This document shows, piece by piece, positions 57,627 through 64,000 of a stretch of 64,000 nt of DNA. Source of the DNA: Promethearchaeota archaeon (GTDB lineage Archaea > Asgardarchaeota > Hermodarchaeia > Hermodarchaeales > Hermodarchaeaceae). Positions within the stretch are counted from its first letter, which is position 1, and each line of letters opens with the position of its first letter. The notes beneath the pieces were generated by a model that ran no database searches, was not told the origin of the DNA, and saw only the letters and a program-made list of their open reading frames with translations. The translations under genes and the position numbers were made by a program. Location: the NCBI GenBank assembly GCA_048939245.1, contig JBHLPR010000004.1, forward strand, positions 15,976 to 79,975, read 5' to 3'.

Positions 57627-59018
57627 TTAAGAAACCTGATCATTATCCCGAATTAATTCAATCATGTGCACCGAACAGGAAATACAGGGGTCATACGCAC
57701 GTATTACCGGTTCCAATTGCTGGCTGACAGTTTTGTTGCTTTCTGCTGGGGGTTTGAGGAGTTCGGGGAGGAGTTCTTGGGCTTTGTGTTGGACAGCGTG
57801 TTCGATAGTGCGGACGTTTTGTCCGGTGGCGATGATGCAGTTGACTTTGGTGATGATGCCATCGTCGTTGGTCCAGTAGTTGTGGAATAGGGTGCCGCGG
57901 GGAGCTTCGACGACTCCGACGCCTTCGCCGGCTCGGGGTTCAGCGGGGATGCGGTAGTTATCTTCTTGGAGGGTGGAGTCTTCGATGAGGGTGATGGCTT
58001 GTTCGACGGCGCTGAGGGTCTCGATGGAGCGGGCGAGATTGTAGGCGATAGGGTCGTGGATTGGGCGTTGTCCGAAGAGTTCGAAAAGTTGGTCTGCGTA
58101 GCTTTGAGCGAGGGGGCTAACCATTTGTTGGGTGACGTTGAGGCGGGCGAGGGGGCCGACACGATAGTTGCCTTTGTCGGGTCCGAGTTCTTTGATGAAA
58201 GGGTATTTGACGGTGGTGTAGGGCATGGCATCTTCGGCGATGTGTTTTGCGTAGTCTTTGGGTGCGAAGTCTTGGAGTTTTTTGCCTTCAGGAGTGATGA
58301 AGCGGAGAGTGCCCTCGTAGATATCATGGACACCTTTTTTGTGTAATCCAAGATAGTGGGTGGGGTCACAGAGGTAGTAACCCACTAGGCCACGGTCATT
58401 TTTCGTGGCAAGTTTGAAGTAGAGATCCGTCACGGTTTGTGCGGTGGCTAAGGCTTTAGGAGCTAGTTTGGCGAGTTTGTCCCGTTCGTCTTCGGTGAGT
58501 GGACCCGCCATACCTCCAGGAACAGCAGTGCATGGATGGATCATGCGTCCACCAACAGCTTTGATGAGGGTTTGCCCAAACATGCGAAGTTCGATGCCTT
58601 TCTTCGCGAGACCGGGATTCTTCTTTGCCACTGCTAAGACGTTAGGTTCATCAGGGGAGAGAAAATCGGGAAGGGCAAGATAAACGAGGGAAAGGGCATG
58701 GCTGTGAATGAATTCGCCAAAGTTTTCCAAGTGCCGAAGCTTGATCGCCTGTTCGGGTGGAGTGACTCCCCAGGCGGCTTCGACCGCTTTGACAGAGCCG
58801 AGATGGTGGGCGACTGAGCAGATGCCACAGATGCGTTCGGAGAGTTGGGGGGCATCTTCAGCGGGGATGCCTTCCATGAATCGTTCGAACATTCTGGGTG
58901 ATTCGATGATATGGAAGTGGCATTGATTGAGTTTGCCACCGGTGACATCTAGAGTGATTTTGGCATGCCCTTCAAGGCGGGTCATGGGTTCAAATTCAAT
59001 GTGTTTGGGTTTACTCAT
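57627..59018 (-). CDS. mvhA: [NiFe] hydrogenase large subunit (group 3c, F420-non-reducing)
   Basis: TRLEGH, ERICGICSVAH (L1), EAPRGTL.H.Y, RAYDPCISCSVH (L2) plus C-terminal extension. Confidence 0.95.
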   Translation of the reverse strand: MSKPKHIEFEPMTRLEGHAKITLDVTGGKLNQCHFHIIESPRMFERFMEGIPAEDAPQLSERICGICSVAHHLGSVKAVEAAWGVTPPEQAIKLRHLENFGEFIHSHALSLVYLALPDFLSPDEPNVLAVAKKNPGLAKKGIELRMFGQTLIKAVGGRMIHPCTAVPGGMAGPLTEDERDKLAKLAPKALATAQTVTDLYFKLATKNDRGLVGYYLCDPTHYLGLHKKGVHDIYEGTLRFITPEGKKLQDFAPKDYAKHIAEDAMPYTTVKYPFIKELGPDKGNYRVGPLARLNVTQQMVSPLAQSYADQLFELFGQRPIHDPIAYNLARSIETLSAVEQAITLIEDSTLQEDNYRIPAEPRAGEGVGVVEAPRGTLFHNYWTNDDGIITKVNCIIATGQNVRTIEHAVQHKAQELLPELLKPPAESNKTVSQQLEPVIRAYDPCISCSVHMIELIRDNDQVS

Positions 59019-59902
59019 TTTTTGTTAACTCCTTTGCGGAGATTATCGAGTTTCGAAGAAGCGTACGTATACCGGGCAAACGACCCCGCAAGGCGAGGCA
59101 AATTGAAGTTAGCAATCTGATTTTCTTCCATTGCAGCTAACGCATCCAGCATGGCTACACCTTGATCCCAGACCGTTTCAGAGGGGCCGCGACAGCCGGT
59201 ACAAGGCATACCCCGTCTCGTACATTCGGCGTTACAGCCAGCGCGTGTTGCGGGTCCCATGCACAGAAACCCTTGGGAGAGAAGACATTTGTCGGGTTCA
59301 GGAATTTCATGGGTACGGCGGAGTGCCTTCGGAATTTCGGTTAGTCGTTCAAGGGGGCATTCGTCACAAACGCTCTTGGTGGATAGTGTGGGTTTCTCTC
59401 CCGAAAGTAGAGCGGTGAGGACTCTGGCGATTTCATCGGAATGGGGAGGACAGCCAGGAAGTATGAAGTCGACTTTCACTACGTCACTGAGGCGAAGATC
59501 GGCTGGCAGGACTTGTGGTACGTTTTCGTGGGGGACGATTTTCTGAGCCATGACGGCGGTCTTGTGATAGACATATTTGATGCCTTCTTGCGCATCGAAG
59601 ACATTGGCGAGCCCGTTCACTCCGCCATATGCGGAGCAAGCCCCAAAGGCGATGACATATTTTGCCTGTTTACGCATGGCTTTCGCCATCTCTTTATCGT
59701 GATCGGTGCGAATACTGCCTTCGATGAGCGCCACATCGATGTTTGGTGGAATGGGGTTCTTGGTGTCGACAATGGGATAAGAATAAACGAGCTCTACATC
59801 TTTCAAAAGGTCTAGTAAAGCCACACCAATATCTAAAAGGGCAATGTGGCAGCCACTGCAACCCGCCATGCCCATGGTGGCGATTCGAACAGTCATTCGC
59901 AT
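59015..59902 (-). CDS. mvhG: [NiFe] hydrogenase small subunit
   Basis: GCSGCH, EGS, GACS..GG, PGCPP, SVCDEC, CLL.QG.LCMGPAT.AGC...C...PC.GC.GP. Confidence 0.93.
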   Translation of the reverse strand: MRMTVRIATMGMAGCSGCHIALLDIGVALLDLLKDVELVYSYPIVDTKNPIPPNIDVALIEGSIRTDHDKEMAKAMRKQAKYVIAFGACSAYGGVNGLANVFDAQEGIKYVYHKTAVMAQKIVPHENVPQVLPADLRLSDVVKVDFILPGCPPHSDEIARVLTALLSGEKPTLSTKSVCDECPLERLTEIPKALRRTHEIPEPDKCLLSQGFLCMGPATRAGCNAECTRRGMPCTGCRGPSETVWDQGVAMLDALAAMEENQIANFNLPRLAGSFARYTYASSKLDNLRKGVNKK

Positions 59903-60381
59903 TTCACCTCAGGTTTCATTTGCTTGAGCGGGTTTGGCCCTAATTCTAGTAACCGAGTGTAAAACGATGATGCAGTTTCAACCCATTTGTTAGCCATTCC
60001 AGCGCTCATTAATTCAAATCTTAATCGTCCTCCGAGACCTATTGCTTCGAGGTCCTTTGCTAGTTTTTGCATGCGTTTTTCTGCGTGTAGGTTGCCGGTG
60101 ACAAAGTGACATTGATCTTTTAGGCAGCCGGTGACCATGACGCCATCTGCGCCGTCTCTTAGAGCTTCAATGACATGTAGGGGATCAACCCGCCCAGAAC
60201 AAGGAACTCGGATGATTTCCACGTTTACCGGATAGGACATTTTGCTTGTCCCTGCAAGATCTGCTGCGCCATAAGAGCAATAGTGGCAGCAAAAGCTTAC
60301 AATGCGTGGTGTAAAGGCTGGCTTTGGTTTGGTAGCGGCTTTGGTGGATTTGCGTTTGGTTTTGGATTTTGCTTTACTCAT
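59893..60381 (-). CDS. mvhD: Methyl-viologen-reducing hydrogenase delta subunit ([2Fe-2S])
   Basis: FCCHYCSYGAADLAG, IRVPCSGRVDP, GADGV...GC...CHF..GN. Confidence 0.95.
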   Translation of the reverse strand: MSKAKSKTKRKSTKAATKPKPAFTPRIVSFCCHYCSYGAADLAGTSKMSYPVNVEIIRVPCSGRVDPLHVIEALRDGADGVMVTGCLKDQCHFVTGNLHAEKRMQKLAKDLEAIGLGGRLRFELMSAGMANKWVETASSFYTRLLELGPNPLKQMKPEVKCE

Positions 60382-62381
60382 TCTTTGGATGTCCCCACAT
60401 TGGCGAGTAAGCCTTCAATTTGGGAGTAAATTTGTTTATCACGATAATGCCGGAGCTGGATGGCTTCCGCAGGACATTCGACGACACATATGCCGCAGCC
60501 TTTACAGGCGACTTCGATGACTTTTGCCACGCCTCCTTCCATGTAAATCGCGTTATACGGACAGACAGCAAAGCAGTTAGCGCATCCGATGCATAGAGAT
60601 TCATCAACAACAGATTTGGCTAAATCAACTTCGACTTCGCCTTTGCTCATGGGGATAGCGGCATGAGAAGCAGCTGCGGCGCCCATAAAGGAGGCTTCAG
60701 CGATATCGCGTGGACTACTGCAGGTGCCAGCAAGAAAGATTCCATCAGTTGTGGTGTCAACCGGGGCAAGTTTCAAGTGGTATTCCCGGAAGAAACCATC
60801 TAAATCAACTTCTAAATTCAGGGTATGTGCTAGTTCCTTGGCGCCGCTGGCAGGTATCATAGCAGCGGAGAGTACAAGTAGATCCACCGGAAACTGCTCT
60901 TGCGTTCCATTATGGTGGTCGACAGTCAGGGTCAGACTCTTTCCCTTTTCTTCCTTGACTTCAGTGACATCAATCCGATGGAATTTCACGCCTAGGCGTT
61001 GAGCGTCGAGATAATAGCGTTCATACTCTTTGCCCTGTAATCGGATGTCTTTGTAGAATACAGTTACTTCGGTTTCTGGCCAATGCTCTTTGATGTAGAC
61101 TGCGTGTTTCATTGCGACCTGACAGCAGACGCGAGAACAATGAGAGTAGTAATTCGGGTCGCGGCTTCCAACACATTGAATCATCCCGACCCGTTTTGGC
61201 AGTTTTTTATCGGAAATGCGCTGTAACTGTCCATCGGTCGGACTCATTGGGTCGAGAATCCGGGCGAGCATGAATTGGGTAATCACGTTCGGATATTCGC
61301 CATACCCATACAACCCTTCCGGTTTGAAAACATCATACCCAGTGGCGACAATCGTGGTGCCAACGGTGATATCGGTATCCTTAGGTTGTTCGTCAAGATG
61401 AATCGCATTCACTGGACAGATTTGTTCACATTTACCACATTTTGTGCAGGTGTCAAAATCAATTACGGGTGCCCGTGGAACCGCCTGAGGAAAGGGGTAG
61501 TAGATGGCTTTCCGGTTCGCTAGACCATAATTGTGTTCGTCAGGCACTTCAACAGGACAGATATCCATGCACTTGCCACAAAGTGTGCAGGTATCGATAT
61601 CAACGCCCCGAGGTTTACTGTGGAGCCGGGCCTGGAAGTTCCCGATGTAGCCACTGAATTGTGAGACTTCGGTTTGGGTATACACATGGATTTTGGGATC
61701 ATTGAGAAGAATGCGTTTTGCTAAACACTTGCGTGCCATTTCCCCGTGCCGTGGAGGAACACAGACTCCGCAAGTATCAGTCATGAATACGAACCCCAAT
61801 TGTGCGGATTTACCACCGAGTGCTGGGCTGCGTTCCACAAGGTGGACTTCATAGCCATTATCGGCTAGAAGTGTTGTGGCGGCTATTCCTGCAATTCCTG
61901 CACCGATGACCATACATACCGGTGGCACTTTCTGAGTTGTTGAACCAATCGATTCAAGCTGTGCCGCGCGATAGACGCCGGCACGAATGAGATCTTTAGC
62001 TTTCTCTGTCGCTTTAGCGTAGTCATCTTTCTGTTTCATATGGGCCCAGGAGACTTGTTCGCGGATATTGACCATTTCGAAAAAGAAAGGGTTAATCCCC
62101 GCTTCTAACACGGTTCGACGGAAAGTGGGTTCATGCAATTTGGGACTACACGAGGCAACAATAACTCGATTGAGCTTATGCGCTTTGATATGTTTCTTGA
62201 TGATATTTTGCCCTTCCTCAGAGCATGTAAATAATTGCCAACCAGCATAGGCGACATTCGGGAGGGTCTTGGCATATTCGGCGACCGCAGGAACATCAAC
62301 AACTTTGGCAATATTGGTGCCGCATTTACAGACAAACACACCGATTCGTGGTTCTTCGGGCGTCATTTTTCTAGCCTCCAT
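60378..62381 (-). CDS. hdrA: Heterodisulfide reductase subunit A-like flavoprotein
   Basis: RIGVFVCKCGTNIA, CSP.LHE.TFR, NIREQ.SW.H, GAGIAG, IQCVGSRD, CSRVCC, ferredoxin motifs. Confidence 0.93.
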   Translation of the reverse strand: MEARKMTPEEPRIGVFVCKCGTNIAKVVDVPAVAEYAKTLPNVAYAGWQLFTCSEEGQNIIKKHIKAHKLNRVIVASCSPKLHEPTFRRTVLEAGINPFFFEMVNIREQVSWAHMKQKDDYAKATEKAKDLIRAGVYRAAQLESIGSTTQKVPPVCMVIGAGIAGIAATTLLADNGYEVHLVERSPALGGKSAQLGFVFMTDTCGVCVPPRHGEMARKCLAKRILLNDPKIHVYTQTEVSQFSGYIGNFQARLHSKPRGVDIDTCTLCGKCMDICPVEVPDEHNYGLANRKAIYYPFPQAVPRAPVIDFDTCTKCGKCEQICPVNAIHLDEQPKDTDITVGTTIVATGYDVFKPEGLYGYGEYPNVITQFMLARILDPMSPTDGQLQRISDKKLPKRVGMIQCVGSRDPNYYSHCSRVCCQVAMKHAVYIKEHWPETEVTVFYKDIRLQGKEYERYYLDAQRLGVKFHRIDVTEVKEEKGKSLTLTVDHHNGTQEQFPVDLLVLSAAMIPASGAKELAHTLNLEVDLDGFFREYHLKLAPVDTTTDGIFLAGTCSSPRDIAEASFMGAAAASHAAIPMSKGEVEVDLAKSVVDESLCIGCANCFAVCPYNAIYMEGGVAKVIEVACKGCGICVVECPAEAIQLRHYRDKQIYSQIEGLLANVGTSKE

Positions 62382-63999
62382 TCCTTGCCTGGATATTTGC
62401 TACCGCTTCACGCGCAAAAGCGGCAAATTCTTTCGCATCCCGTCCGATTAATTGTACAACTTGGACTCTTTCGGGGTTCACCCCAGATTGGGTGAGAAGA
62501 TTTTGTACCACATGGGCGCGGCTGTTCGCCATTCGTGCTCCACGTCCATAGTGACAAAGCTTTGAATCACAAGCAAATAGAATAACACCGTCAGCACCCG
62601 CTTCAAGTGTTTGAAGAATTTTAGGCGCTGAAATACTCCCAGTACATGGAACTTCGAGAATATGTAGATCCGCCGGATATTGTAAGCGTTCCTCGCCAGC
62701 CTCATCGATAGCCCGGTAAACGCATTCGTTACAGGCAAAGCCAACAATTAGATTCTCTGTGCCTTCAACGCTGTTTCCCAATAACCCTTCAAGTGCAGAT
62801 TCTATAACGGTCGGATTCGTGTTAAGGGGTCCAATAGCACCAACCGGACATACCGACATGCATTCTCCACATGATTGACAGCGAACTTCATCTACAACCA
62901 CACAATCACCAGTGGAGTCAAAAGATATCGCTTGCGAGGGACAAGCGGGAATGCACAATCCACACGCATTACATAGATCTGTATTGACAACAGCAGTATC
63001 CAAATCCTTTGTCAGCGATTGTGTGGCAAGCCATACCGCTGCCTGTTCTGCTGCGGCACCCGCAAGTTCAACGGATTCGGGAATATCTTTGGGTCCATGA
63101 CAGGTTCCGGCGAGAAAAACGCCATTGACAGCAGTTCGGGCTAACGCAACTTTTTCGTCGAGGGCTTGAAAGAAACCGAGTGAACCAAGAGGGACGCCAA
63201 AGATTTTAGCGAGCTCTTCTGTTCCTGGCGACGGTGTCATCGCACAAGATAGTACTACTAAATCAGATTCGATTGATTTCGTCGCTCCATCTGAGTCAGT
63301 ATACTTGACGATTGGTTTTCCATTGGATCGAACAATCTCTACAGAATCACCACGGTAGACGACGTGGATATTGTATTCATTGCAGGCCCGCACATAGAAT
63401 TCATCAAAGCCTTTCCCACCCGCACGGATATCCCGGGCGAGAATGGTGATATCAATGTCGGGGTCATATTCGAGTTTTGCCAGTTCCGCATGCTTAATTG
63501 CAGCCATACAACAGTAAGAGGAACATTGCCAGCTATACCGTTCATCTCGGCTTCCGACACATTGGATCATCACAATGTTTTTGGGTTTGCGACCATCGGA
63601 TGGCACTTCTAATTTTCCACCAAAAGGTCCAACCGAGTCCATCATCCGAATGAACTGCATTTGGGTAATGACATCAGGATTTTCAGCATAATGTAATTCA
63701 GGAACAACCGAAGGGTCAAATTCTTTAAATCCGGTAGCTAAAATAACGCTACCCACCTGTACTTTGACCGTTTTATCCTTCATCTCATAATCAATCGCAT
63801 CTGCCGGACACACCTTCTCACAAACACCACACTTGTCACTGGTGAGTTTCTTACAATGTTCAGCATCAATCGTTACCTTTCGCGGCACACTTTGGGAAAA
63901 CGGTATATAGATGGCTTTCCGCTTCGCAATCCCCCACGACCAATCATCATCAACTTTAGTAGGGCATTTTTCGACGCACTGCAAACAACCCGTGCATTT
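62371..63999 (-). CDS. hdrA: HdrA-like protein with C-terminal MvhD fusion (5'-truncated by window edge)
   Basis: Frame open to the edge (KCTGCLQCVEKCP). IQCVGSRD, CSSYCCM, GPKDIPESV, 2x[4Fe-4S], then FACNEC.Y, VPCTG, GADGV, CHY. Confidence 0.9.
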   Translation of the reverse strand, partial: KCTGCLQCVEKCPTKVDDDWSWGIAKRKAIYIPFSQSVPRKVTIDAEHCKKLTSDKCGVCEKVCPADAIDYEMKDKTVKVQVGSVILATGFKEFDPSVVPELHYAENPDVITQMQFIRMMDSVGPFGGKLEVPSDGRKPKNIVMIQCVGSRDERYSWQCSSYCCMAAIKHAELAKLEYDPDIDITILARDIRAGGKGFDEFYVRACNEYNIHVVYRGDSVEIVRSNGKPIVKYTDSDGATKSIESDLVVLSCAMTPSPGTEELAKIFGVPLGSLGFFQALDEKVALARTAVNGVFLAGTCHGPKDIPESVELAGAAAEQAAVWLATQSLTKDLDTAVVNTDLCNACGLCIPACPSQAISFDSTGDCVVVDEVRCQSCGECMSVCPVGAIGPLNTNPTVIESALEGLLGNSVEGTENLIVGFACNECVYRAIDEAGEERLQYPADLHILEVPCTGSISAPKILQTLEAGADGVILFACDSKLCHYGRGARMANSRAHVVQNLLTQSGVNPERVQVVQLIGRDAKEFAAFAREAVANIQARNGG

Positions 64000-64000
64000 A

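Noticed and set aside
57704-58369. 221-aa Pro/Ser/Thr/Lys-rich ORF
   Set aside because: Alternative-frame shadow inside mvhA caused by C/A-biased third positions.
57627-63999. Selenocysteine in HdrA/MvhD/MvhA
   Set aside because: The reading frames are uninterrupted and the relevant positions are Cys.
1-64000. CRISPR array, rRNA, tRNA
   Set aside because: No regularly spaced repeats or recognisable structural RNA signatures found by eye; tRNAscan-SE and Infernal would be needed to exclude them.

Overview
Gene-dense archaeal chromosomal region, most likely from an Asgard archaeon. The basis is a two-domain gelsolin, a longin-domain protein, H4MPT/methanofuran C1 genes and HdrA/Mvh; the exact lineage cannot be determined from this window. 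C1 and cofactor genes are dispersed through it (fwdD, fwdB, fwdA, ftr, fwdC-mch, cofE, an mptN-like ligase, mobA), and an hdrA-hdrA-mvhDGA hydrogenase cluster runs off the right edge. It also carries ion pumps (K+-independent HppA, a P3A H+-ATPase, CopA with a PadR-TRASH regulator and a YHS chaperone), sdaAB/sdaAA, an Nre/radical-SAM repair neighbourhood and a two-component pair. Two candidate undescribed systems stand out. (1) Three paralogous ~470-aa proteins, each with an unknown N-terminal domain and two Lrp-like wHTH modules; one is divergent from a pair of small orphan genes flanked by a palindrome-rich upstream region and a strong 3' hairpin. (2) An ECF transporter whose S-component and an accessory membrane-anchored protein carry three Cys-less sulfite-oxidase-type molybdopterin-binding-like domains, behind a perfect palindromic operator. 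Several gene remnants missing from the ORF track were also found. No tRNA, rRNA, CRISPR array or transposase was recognised. All assignments come from motif recognition by eye; no database searches were run.
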